From contig NZ_CP180230.1 of the NCBI RefSeq assembly GCF_047555085.1, positions 120,001 to 152,000 on the forward strand: DNA of 32,000 nt, written 5' to 3'. Below are positions 18,809 through 26,902 of this stretch, piece after piece. The notes under the pieces were generated by a model. The model was not told the origin of the DNA and made no database searches. It was given only the letters and a program-made list of their open reading frames with translations. Source of the DNA: Candidatus Saccharimonadota bacterium. GTDB taxonomy: Archaea > Nanohalarchaeota > Nanosalinia > Nanosalinales > Nanosalinaceae. How positions within the stretch are numbered: position 1 is the stretch's first letter; the number at the start of each line of letters is the position of its first letter. Both the position numbers and the translations under genes were made by a program.

Positions 18809-18842
18809 AATTTTTTCTGAATATTTACTTTTTTCTTTTTTA
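18809..18842 (+). terminator. Oligo-T terminator region
   Basis: Three T6 runs (18811-18816, 18829-18834, 18836-18841) lie directly after the stop of 18119..18808. Archaeal termination typically uses oligo-T. Confidence 0.4.
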
Positions 18843-19217
18843 CTGTGTGAACTGGCTGATTAACTGGCCCTGTGTGTTGTAGCCGTTCAACTGGAATACT
18901 TCTGACCTGTTGAATGCGTAGTAGTCAATCACTGTAGCTGCCTGCTGGAAACGGTACTGATCGTTGAGGCCTATCTCCTTTTCCTCAATACCTGTTCTGA
19001 GGCCTATAGTATATCTTGTGCTGTTTTCCTTCGTGAGATTGGCGTCGATTTTCTGGAAGCCACTCTCTTCAAGCGCGGTATGAATGTTCTCCACTCTCTC
19101 CACTGAAACTCCGTCTTCATAATTGATTACCGTATCGTTCCCGTAGCTCCCGGTATCGGAGGTACATCCTGTTGATACAAGTACGGCTACAAGCAGAAGA
19201 GATAGCTCCAGTCTCAT
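18840..19217 (-). CDS. Small lipobox protein, hypothetical
   Basis: A 125-aa ORF. The N-terminus MRLELSLLLVAVLVSTGC has a signal peptide plus lipobox. Confidence 0.6.
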   Translation of the reverse strand: MRLELSLLLVAVLVSTGCTSDTGSYGNDTVINYEDGVSVERVENIHTALEESGFQKIDANLTKENSTRYTIGLRTGIEEKEIGLNDQYRFQQAATVIDYYAFNRSEVFQLNGYNTQGQLISQFTQ

Positions 19218-19332
19218 GGTACAACCTGTAGAGGTGCTAGGATAAAAAATTTCCCTGAAATCTTGGAAAAGGAGTTTTTAACTTTTCAGGCCTTCAATAA
19301 TAACTAGAGTATTCTACTTTTCAGAGTAGAGC

Positions 19333-19407
19333 CGGTAGATGATGAGGTACAGACATCGACTGATGGCTGAACAGGCCTTTGATGACAACGAACACCCACT
19401 GATACCG
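19333..19407 (+). ncRNA. Candidate C/D-box sRNA (2'-O-methylation guide)
   Basis: The elements are a terminal stem CGGTA (19333-19337) / TACCG (19403-19407), C box ATGATGA (19339-19345), D' CTGA (19360-19363), C' TGATGA (19380-19385) and D CTGA (19399-19402). Each guide has an 8-nt perfect complement to the 23S in this window. An A/T box at 19297-19304 lies about 30 nt upstream. Confidence 0.55.
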
Positions 19408-19469
19408 CTTACTTTTACCCTGTAAAATTTTCGTGACCTGTTTAAGCTTCCCGGAGAAAAAGATTTTTC

Positions 19470-19907
19470 ATGAAACTAACAAGCACAAGCTTTGAAGAAG
19501 GAGAGGAAATCCCGGAGAGACACGGGTACATGGGAAAAAACGTTAATCCGGAACTCTTGATCGAAGATGTGCCGGATGAAGCCGAGGCCCTGGCACTCGT
19601 ATTCAAGGATCCTGACGCACAGAAAATGGCGGGAAAGACATGGATCCACTGGACACTCTGGAACATCCCTGCAGACACAGAAAAAATAGAGGAAGGACAG
19701 TCACCAGGCCTCGAAGGAACAACAGACTTCAGAAAAACAGGCTACAACGGCCCTAATCCTCCTGACGGACCTCACAACGTCGCATTCCATCTGTACGCAC
19801 TTGAAGAAGAACTTGAACTAGAACAAGAGGCCTCATACGAAGATCTAAATGAGGCAATGGATGGAAAAGTAATCGATGAAGCAGTGCTGGAAGGAATATT
19901 CCCCTGA
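19470..19907 (+). CDS. PEBP-family protein (YbhB/YbcL, Raf-kinase-inhibitor-like)
   Basis: Motifs are HWTLWNIP and GYNGPNPPDGPHNVAFHLYAL, typical of prokaryotic PEBP proteins. Confidence 0.85.
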   Translation: MKLTSTSFEEGEEIPERHGYMGKNVNPELLIEDVPDEAEALALVFKDPDAQKMAGKTWIHWTLWNIPADTEKIEEGQSPGLEGTTDFRKTGYNGPNPPDGPHNVAFHLYALEEELELEQEASYEDLNEAMDGKVIDEAVLEGIFP

Positions 19908-19990
19908 ACAGTACAGAAAAAGTAAATGATCCTGGAAAAGCCTAGACTCCAAGGCCTCGATTTAAAATTTTTACTGGATTACACAATTCG

Positions 19991-20218
19991 GTGGGATCAG
20001 ACGAAGCCTCAAAGAAACTTGTAGCATCGCTTATCAAAGCAAATATCTACGCTGCCATCCTTTCAGCAGCTACGGCATCGCTCACAGGAATCTTTACAGG
20101 CCTAATAATCTTTCCAAGCTATCTATACGTTATAGTATTCATCCCATACCTTCTGGGATTAAGCAGCCTATCTGAAAAAGAGATAGCATCCCGAATAAAG
20201 TCCTCGATCGGCATCTAG
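19991..20218 (+). CDS. Small membrane protein, hypothetical (GTG start)
   Basis: A 75-aa ORF with two predicted hydrophobic helices, upstream of the mrp operon. Confidence 0.45.
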   Translation: MGSDEASKKLVASLIKANIYAAILSAATASLTGIFTGLIIFPSYLYVIVFIPYLLGLSSLSEKEIASRIKSSIGI

Positions 20219-20404
20219 GCCTCCAAGATTTTTTGGTAGCTTCTTGCTGAGATGATCGATCTCCAGGAAGAATTTGTTCTACAATATGTACATGAAACAC
20301 GGATCCAGACGTTCCCATATACCTAAACTATTTTAAACGGCTCCAGTGTCCGCTGTCAGACGGTTTATATATTTTACACGTTTGGTCATTTATCAGGTAC
20401 AGAA

Positions 20405-22786
20405 ATGAAACAGCGACTAGAAATACTTGCAGCATTTTTCACAGCACTGGTGACATCCCTTGCAGGTTTCAAGGTACTGAAGCAACTAGATCCGTCCTAT
20501 CTGGTTCTTTTAGCTGTTTTTTCTCCTTTTGCAGCATCTTTGATTCTGGCTGTATTTTACAAGCGTATGAAGGATTACTCTGCTTACATAGGTGCTTTCT
20601 CAGGCCTGATTTCTTTTTTATCAATTTTATCGCTGTTCGGAGTTCAGACTGTTGTTTATTACTCCTGGATTCCTTCGCTTGGAATTTCTCTGGAGTTTTA
20701 CATTGACGGCCTCTCTCTTCTGATCGCAACACTTGCCAGCGGGATAGGAGTGCTCGTATTCCTGTACTCGAAAGCATATATGAGTTGTGAAGACAGAAAG
20801 AGAAAATATTATACTGTTTTAACGGCTTTCATGGGCTCTATGATCGGACTTGTTTTCTCCTCCAATCTGATCATGCTTTTCATGTTCTGGGAGTTCACTA
20901 GCATCTGTTCTTTCCTCCTGATAAGCCACAGTCAGAGACTTGACTCAGCGATAGAGGCCTCCAAGAAATCCCTGCTGATAACTGTTGGATCAGGCCTCCT
21001 GCTTCTTTTAGGATTCATAATCCTGGGGAACAGCCTGGGAACTTTCAGCATCTCTGAAATCCTGACTATGGGAGGTGTCGTACAGACACTTTCTGCCCAG
21101 GGCCTTTACGTTCCTGTACTTTTGCTTATCGGGATCGGCGCAGCAGCGAAATCTGCACAGGTGCCGCTTCATATCTGGCTGCCTGATGCGATGCAGGCGC
21201 CTACACCTGTCTCAGCGTTCCTACACTCCGCCACGATGGTGAAAGCCGGAGTATTCCTTATCGGACGTTTCAGGCCTGTACTGATGAACAGCGAGGCCTG
21301 GAACATGTTGTTCATCACTCTAGGCCTCCTTACAATGACTTTTGCCGCAGTTTTAGCTGTATCAGCAAGAGAACTGAAGGAGTTGCTGGCGTATTCCACA
21401 GCAAGCCACTTGGGATTGATAGTCGCAGGCTTCGGCTTTTCCAGTGTACTTGGCGGAGAAACAGCAACTTTTCATATATTCAATCACGCGCTTTTCAAGG
21501 CCTCTCTTTTCATGGTAGCAGGCATAATACTGCATGAAACAGGCACACAGAAGATCAAAGAGCTGTCAGGCCTCAGAAAAGAATGGCCTGTACTGAGTAT
21601 AATTGCGACAGTCTCAGGCCTATCAATGGCAGGCCTCCCACTTCTCAACGGATTCTACTCAAAAGAATTACTTTTCGAATCAGCATATCACGCAGCAAGC
21701 CACACAGGAGGAATCTTCTGGATTTTACCTGTTATAGCTATTCTGGGGGGTGTTTTCACATTCCTGTACTCTATAAGATTTGTATCGGTTTTCTACGGAG
21801 AGAAAACAGTTGAACAACATTCTATTCCGCTCCTGATGTTGCTTCCGCCAGGTTTACTTGCTTTAATCTCTGTAATTGTAGGATTTTTCCCTAACAGATT
21901 CATAGATGCCATGGTGTATCCGGCGCTTCACAGCGTTGCTACAGAAGTCCACGGCATGAGTGTACACGTGATCCCACATATCACACCGGCATTCGCAATG
22001 AGCATCGTAACTATCTGTACAGGCCTGCTGGCCTACAGAAAAACAGATTCCATCAAGCAAAAAATCAGAAAAATCAGGGAAATATCTATTCTGACGCCTA
22101 ACTTTTACTACTTCAAAGGCCTGGAGATCTCGGAAAAAGCTAGTGACTTCGTAGTCGAAAATGTTGAGACAGGCCTCTTAAGGACTTACATTATCTGGGT
22201 TCTTGTAGTGGCCTCCGCTTCAGGCCTTGCAGGTTTCGCAATCGCAGGAGCTCTACCAAATATAACTCTTTCAGCAGAACTGCCTGTCGCCATAGCACTG
22301 GCAACTTCTGTTGCAGCGGTCTATGCAGTTCTACGTTCGGATACATACATTTCATCTGTTCTAACTCTTTCAATACTGGGCTTCATGGTCTCAATATTCT
22401 ACCTGTTGATGGATGCACCTGATCTCGTCATGACACAACTCGTTGTCGAAAGCCTGTCGCTCATAATATTCCTGCTTGTCCTCAACAAGATTCCGGACTA
22501 CACCAAGAAAGTATCTTTCTCAAGAAAGTACAGAGATCTTTTGATCTCTGCTTCAGCAGGCCTCCTTATATTCGCCAGCGTACTCTACTCCACTAGTATA
22601 AAGACTCCTGAAAAACTTGCAAAATACTTTATAGAAAACGCTCTGCCTGGTTCAGGAGGTACAAATGTTGTGAATGTTATACTTGTAGATTTCAGAGGCC
22701 TTGACACAATGGGAGAAATATCAGTTATAGTTATGGCGGGAATAGCCATACTGATGCTTTTCCGCATGCGAGGTGAAGAAAAATGA
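20405..22786 (+). CDS. mrpA: Mrp/Mnh cation:proton antiporter subunit A (NuoL-like, with fused C-terminal MnhB-type domain)
   Basis: A 793-aa polytopic protein. It has the NuoL/M/N-type core (WLPDAMQAPTPVSAFLHSATMVKAG) and a C-terminal NVVNVILVDFRGLDTMGE motif. A TATA-like TTTATATATTTT at 20364-20375 lies upstream. Confidence 0.92.
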   Translation: MKQRLEILAAFFTALVTSLAGFKVLKQLDPSYLVLLAVFSPFAASLILAVFYKRMKDYSAYIGAFSGLISFLSILSLFGVQTVVYYSWIPSLGISLEFYIDGLSLLIATLASGIGVLVFLYSKAYMSCEDRKRKYYTVLTAFMGSMIGLVFSSNLIMLFMFWEFTSICSFLLISHSQRLDSAIEASKKSLLITVGSGLLLLLGFIILGNSLGTFSISEILTMGGVVQTLSAQGLYVPVLLLIGIGAAAKSAQVPLHIWLPDAMQAPTPVSAFLHSATMVKAGVFLIGRFRPVLMNSEAWNMLFITLGLLTMTFAAVLAVSARELKELLAYSTASHLGLIVAGFGFSSVLGGETATFHIFNHALFKASLFMVAGIILHETGTQKIKELSGLRKEWPVLSIIATVSGLSMAGLPLLNGFYSKELLFESAYHAASHTGGIFWILPVIAILGGVFTFLYSIRFVSVFYGEKTVEQHSIPLLMLLPPGLLALISVIVGFFPNRFIDAMVYPALHSVATEVHGMSVHVIPHITPAFAMSIVTICTGLLAYRKTDSIKQKIRKIREISILTPNFYYFKGLEISEKASDFVVENVETGLLRTYIIWVLVVASASGLAGFAIAGALPNITLSAELPVAIALATSVAAVYAVLRSDTYISSVLTLSILGFMVSIFYLLMDAPDLVMTQLVVESLSLIIFLLVLNKIPDYTKKVSFSRKYRDLLISASAGLLIFASVLYSTSIKTPEKLAKYFIENALPGSGGTNVVNVILVDFRGLDTMGEISVIVMAGIAILMLFRMRGEEK

Positions 22787-23223
22787 GTACGGTGATAGTT
22801 AGACAGGTCATGAAGGCAGTAATACCGCTAATGTTGCTGGTTTCGCTTAATTTTTTCCTTCAGGGTCATAATCTTCCGGGAGGAGGATTTATCGCAGGAG
22901 TTATGGCAGCAGCCGCTGTAGCGCTTATATACATAGTCTTCGATTTTGAAGGCGTTAAACAACTTGTAGGCAAAGATAATGAGGAAGTACATTTCGTGGA
23001 GGAGTATATACCTGTATCGGATGCTGGTATAGCTCTGGCGGCAGGTACAGGCCTTCTGTCTACTTCCCTAGGTCTCAGCTTTCTTAGCCACAGGAAAGGC
23101 ATCATCCATCTGCCTTTTTTCGGAGAATTCCACTGGACGACTGCCATGCTTTTCGATCTAGGTGTTTTCATGGCAGTATTTGGCTCATTGCTTGCTATAG
23201 TGGAGGTGCTTGGTGAGGAATGA
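22783..23223 (+). CDS. mrpB: Mrp antiporter subunit B
   Basis: A 146-aa protein with LPGGGFIAGV, the MnhB domain motif. It has an ATGA overlap with mrpA. Confidence 0.88.
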   Translation: MSTVIVRQVMKAVIPLMLLVSLNFFLQGHNLPGGGFIAGVMAAAAVALIYIVFDFEGVKQLVGKDNEEVHFVEEYIPVSDAGIALAAGTGLLSTSLGLSFLSHRKGIIHLPFFGEFHWTTAMLFDLGVFMAVFGSLLAIVEVLGEE

Positions 23224-23558
23224 GTCTTGTGGTGGCTACAGCTCTCGGATTGCTTTTTGCAGCAGGAACTTATCTGATGCTGCGTAGAGATGCTGTGAGG
23301 GTTGTACTAGGCTCTTTGATTATCAGTCAGGCTGCCAATATCTATCTGATGACGATGGGTGGTGGAGAAGGAGGTGTGCCTATATTGAGTCATGGTGGAG
23401 GGTCGCACCACGTTACTGATCCTGTCCCACAGGCACTGGTTCTTACAGCTATTGTTATAGGTTTTGCAACGACAGCATTCCTCCTCAGTCTGACTTACAG
23501 GTTCTACGAGGAAAATGAAGAAGTCGATCTTGACTCTCTGCGAGGTGAACTCTTATGA
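23220..23558 (+). CDS. mrpC: Mrp antiporter subunit C (NuoK-like)
   Basis: A 112-aa three-TM protein with PQALVLTAIVIGFATTAFLL. It has ATGA overlaps on both sides. Confidence 0.88.
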   Translation: MSLVVATALGLLFAAGTYLMLRRDAVRVVLGSLIISQAANIYLMTMGGGEGGVPILSHGGGSHHVTDPVPQALVLTAIVIGFATTAFLLSLTYRFYEENEEVDLDSLRGELL

Positions 23559-25090
23559 ACCAGTTAATAGTCCTTCCACTGATCGTTCCTCTTGCCACAG
23601 CCGTACTATCAATACTATTCAGGAAAACAAGGTTCAGAGATTATCTCAGCATAGCGGGAAGCGCAGGATACCTCATAGCTACAGGACTGCTAGCCTCCAG
23701 AATCCTCTCGGAAGGACCAATATCTTATCAAGCCGGAGGATGGCCAGCACCCTATGGAATAACACTTGTCGCAGATCAACTATCGATCCTGATGCTACTT
23801 CTAACTGCCACAGTAGCCTTTGCGGCAAATCTGTACTCCTGGGGATACATCAACGACAGAGGAAAGGAAAGCGGCTACTACGCCTTCCTGCATTTCATGG
23901 TAACAGGAATGAGCGGAGCATTCATCACAGGAGACCTCTTCAACCTTTTCGTAATGTTTGAACTAGTCCTCATGAGCAGCTACGCGCTTGTAGCATACTC
24001 GGGAAGTAAAGAATCGCTATTCATATCCATGAAATACGTTGTACTCAACCTTATCGGCAGCTCACTGATGCTTGTAGCTATAGGAGGCCTCTACTCCGTA
24101 ACAGGCACTCTTAACATGGCAGACATGGCACTAATACTCTCTGAAGGCTCTGTAAACATGGTGCCTGTACTAGGCCTATCGATCATACTTTTCTGCGTGT
24201 TCGCCATGAAATCAGGCCTCGTACCGTTCCATTTCTGGGCGCCACCAGTATACTCTAACTCTCCTCCTCCTGCCTCGGCGCTTATGGCGGGAATAAGCAA
24301 AAAAGTCGGCATCTACGCTGTAATAAGACTATATCTCACGGTATTCTCCTCAGCTAACTTGCCGGAAACAGCACTCGTATTCTCTGGCCAGCCAGTAAAC
24401 ACTGTAATAGGCTACCTTGTGGCTGTAATGGCTTCTGCAACAGTGATAATTGGAGGCCTTGGCGCTCTCAACAGGGAAAGTCTTGATAAACTGCTTTCGT
24501 ATTCGAGCGTAGGGCAGGTAGGCTTCATATACATCCCTATCAGTATAACGATGATAACAGGAGAATTAACGCCGCTGATGGCGTCTCTGATCTATATTTT
24601 GGGCCATGGGCTTGGAAAGCCAACGTTGTTTATGATCTCTGGTATCGTAGAGAAGATAACAGATACGTCGAATCTTGAGGATCTAGGAGGCCTCAGTGAA
24701 TCATCTTTCACGCTTTCAGCAGCTTTCTTCATTTCGGCTTTCTCACTAGTCGGTATACCTCCTTTGCTAGGATTTTTCGCCAAATTCAAGGTATTTGAGG
24801 CAGCTCTAATACATGGAAACATCTTCCTGGTATCTGTTCTGTTCGCCGGAGCTGTTACAACGTTACTATATTTTTCAAAGGTGTGGCTAAAGGCTTTCTT
24901 CGGCGAGCCGGTTGAAACTGATATAAAAGAGGCCTCGAGGAAGGAGGTATTCTCAGTTATAATTTTAGCGGTCCTAATACTCGTAATGGGTATACACTTT
25001 GAAGTTGTGTATCAGCTTGTTGAACAGGCTGCGGAATCAGGCCTGAACTCTCAAGCATACATCGAAACAGTGCTAGGTGATGGATTATGA
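23555..25090 (+). CDS. mrpD: Mrp antiporter subunit D (NuoN/M-like)
   Basis: A 511-aa protein with the proton-conducting membrane transporter core (FHFWAPPVYSNSPPPASALMAGISKKVG). Confidence 0.9.
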   Translation: MNQLIVLPLIVPLATAVLSILFRKTRFRDYLSIAGSAGYLIATGLLASRILSEGPISYQAGGWPAPYGITLVADQLSILMLLLTATVAFAANLYSWGYINDRGKESGYYAFLHFMVTGMSGAFITGDLFNLFVMFELVLMSSYALVAYSGSKESLFISMKYVVLNLIGSSLMLVAIGGLYSVTGTLNMADMALILSEGSVNMVPVLGLSIILFCVFAMKSGLVPFHFWAPPVYSNSPPPASALMAGISKKVGIYAVIRLYLTVFSSANLPETALVFSGQPVNTVIGYLVAVMASATVIIGGLGALNRESLDKLLSYSSVGQVGFIYIPISITMITGELTPLMASLIYILGHGLGKPTLFMISGIVEKITDTSNLEDLGGLSESSFTLSAAFFISAFSLVGIPPLLGFFAKFKVFEAALIHGNIFLVSVLFAGAVTTLLYFSKVWLKAFFGEPVETDIKEASRKEVFSVIILAVLILVMGIHFEVVYQLVEQAAESGLNSQAYIETVLGDGL

Positions 25091-25569
25091 GAAAATACTT
25101 GATATACGGGACAACGCTTGCCTTTACATGGATATTCGTGACGGGATCTCCTGATCTACCTACTTTTGTACAGGGCCTGTTCTTCGGACTTCCGGTATCT
25201 TTCGCCTTCAGAAGATTTTATCCTGGAGACATGAGCATGCATAGACTGGAAAAACTGCCTTATCTCATCGAATACTGTGGAATATTCGTTGAATCGCTGA
25301 TAATATCAAATATAGACGTAGCCCAGAGACTTCTGAGGCCTTCAAAATCTGTAAATCCTGAGATAATAGAGTACAGTACAGGCCTGGAGCATCCAACAGC
25401 TGTAGCGATGCTTGCCGACTCGATAACGCTCACACCGGGCACACTGGTAGTCGATCATATAGAAGAGGAAAACAAACTCGTTATCCACTGTCTCAACGGC
25501 AACTGTACAGAACAAACGAAAAAAGACATTAGAGGCCTTGAAAATCTTCTGAAAAGAATATTCGGGTGA
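25087..25569 (+). CDS. mrpE: Mrp antiporter subunit E
   Basis: A 160-aa protein with the MnhE-type segment ANIDVAQRLLRP...MLADSITLTPGTLVVD. Confidence 0.88.
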   Translation: MRKYLIYGTTLAFTWIFVTGSPDLPTFVQGLFFGLPVSFAFRRFYPGDMSMHRLEKLPYLIEYCGIFVESLIISNIDVAQRLLRPSKSVNPEIIEYSTGLEHPTAVAMLADSITLTPGTLVVDHIEEENKLVIHCLNGNCTEQTKKDIRGLENLLKRIFG

Positions 25570-25840
25570 AAAAATTATTTTAATCACAGAGATTGCACTG
25601 TCTATCTCAGCTGTACTCACGCTCCTATGCAGCTACAGAGCCATAAAAGGCCCGGAAACAGCAGACAGAGTAGTAGCACTGGATGCAATAAGCACAAACA
25701 TAGTCGCACTTGGAGTCCTATACGCAATATACACCCAGAGGCCTGTATTCATCAATGTAAGTCTGATGCTGGCAATTACAGGATTCATTGCGACAGTAGC
25801 TACCTCAATATACCTCAGGGAAGGTGATCTGATCAAATGA
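25566..25840 (+). CDS. mrpF: Mrp antiporter subunit F; homologous frame (25568-25840) lacks a canonical start, and the expected GTG at 25566 is one A out of frame
   Basis: Hand translation of frame 25568..25840 gives EKIILITEIALSISAVLTLLCSYRAIKGPETADRVVALDAISTNIVALGVLYAIYTQRPVFINVSLMLAITGFIATVATSIYLREGDLIK*. It contains the MrpF hallmark GP..DRVVALD. This frame is not in the ORF track, and it has an ATGA overlap with mrpG. Confidence 0.75.
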
Positions 25841-26136
25841 TCGATGCACTGATCCTGCTAGGCCTTTTCTTCCTAGGCGTAGGCACACTGGGCCTTCTCA
25901 AACTTTCAGATGCACTGGAAAGAATGCACGCCACGTCAGAAGCCACAACACTAGGCGTAGGATTCATGGTGCTTGCAGCAGCCATAGACTTCTATCCTGA
26001 CGGCGTATATCTCTCAGCTCTCCTGGCACTATTCTTCCTGTTCCTCACAGCACCGACAGGAGCACATATGATCGCAAGAGCAACTTATGTGGATGAAAAC
26101 AGAGATAAAGAGGCCTCGCTCAACGATTTCGTATAA
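25837..26136 (+). CDS. mrpG: Mrp antiporter subunit G
   Basis: A 99-aa protein with LGLLKLSDALERMHATSEATTLGVG, typical of MnhG. Confidence 0.88.
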   Translation: MIDALILLGLFFLGVGTLGLLKLSDALERMHATSEATTLGVGFMVLAAAIDFYPDGVYLSALLALFFLFLTAPTGAHMIARATYVDENRDKEASLNDFV

Positions 26137-26173
26137 TAGAAACTGGATATAGTTATTCAAGAAAAATAAAAAA

Positions 26174-26824
26174 TTAAGGCCTTTGGGCCTGTTCTGATGG
26201 ACTGGAAGGTGTCTGAGGCTGTCCTGTCTGATTCATTCCCTGGCCTCGATCTCTGTTTTCTGTTCTCTTTCTTTCGACTTCAACGTCTTCTCCTGCAACT
26301 CCTGACTCGGAGATCACAGGCCTCAAGATGTAGCCCTGATTGTTCTGCTCGTTGCCTCTGAGAACTACCTGTATATCAAAGACAAAACTTGTAGTCGAGT
26401 TAGGCCTTATCTCGAAAGATTTCGTGATCATCAACTTCCCTGGCGGGATCTTAACATCCACATTTTCTCCATCGACAGAAGCATTGATCCTCTCAGAGTA
26501 AAGCTCGATCTTGCTGTAGTTCCCTACAGGAAGACTGGTATTGATCAGGGACTCGGCCGAGATATCCTGCACCTGAGTCAAGTCCACAGCAGAAGTATTC
26601 TCCAGAGAAATCCTCTGAACATCCTCACTGCTCTCATTACTTTCATTCACAGCGAAAACATTTGCATGCGAAAACTCAACGTTCAGGTAGTCAAAATCCC
26701 CGATAGCTGCCTGTTGATCCGAAATAAGCAGCTCAAACTGGCCGGAATCGCCGGTACTCGTCGAAGTACAGCCTGAAACCGCTACTAAAGCGGCAAATAA
26801 CGCAAGAATAAATTCTCTTCTCAT
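26174..26824 (-). CDS. Lipobox protein, DUF4382-like (recalled similarity)
   Basis: The N-terminus MRREFILALFAALVAVSGC has a signal peptide plus lipobox. The N-terminal block FELLISDQQAAIGDFDYLNVEFS resembles DUF4382 lipoproteins. The tail is P/Q/S-rich. Confidence 0.6.
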   Translation of the reverse strand: MRREFILALFAALVAVSGCTSTSTGDSGQFELLISDQQAAIGDFDYLNVEFSHANVFAVNESNESSEDVQRISLENTSAVDLTQVQDISAESLINTSLPVGNYSKIELYSERINASVDGENVDVKIPPGKLMITKSFEIRPNSTTSFVFDIQVVLRGNEQNNQGYILRPVISESGVAGEDVEVERKRTENRDRGQGMNQTGQPQTPSSPSEQAQRP

Positions 26825-26902
26825 AAACTAACTAAAGGCCTCTAAATGTATAACATTTGTGATAGATTCTTCCAAACTCGGAATAAAACTTAGTTGCTTC
26901 TA

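Noticed and set aside
20469-25620. Short ORFs antisense or out of frame within the mrp genes (for example 20469..20777, 21169..21399, 21583..21813, 21863..22060, 22191..22373, 22585..22767, 22866..23171, 23515..23961, 24091..24312, 24592..24822, 25260..25442, 25342..25620)
   Set aside because: They all overlap the membrane-subunit frames that carry Mrp family motifs.
25627-25836. Track ORFs 25627..25827 (+) and 25633..25836 (-)
   Set aside because: Both are out of frame or antisense to the frame that encodes a full MrpF homologue (25568..25840).
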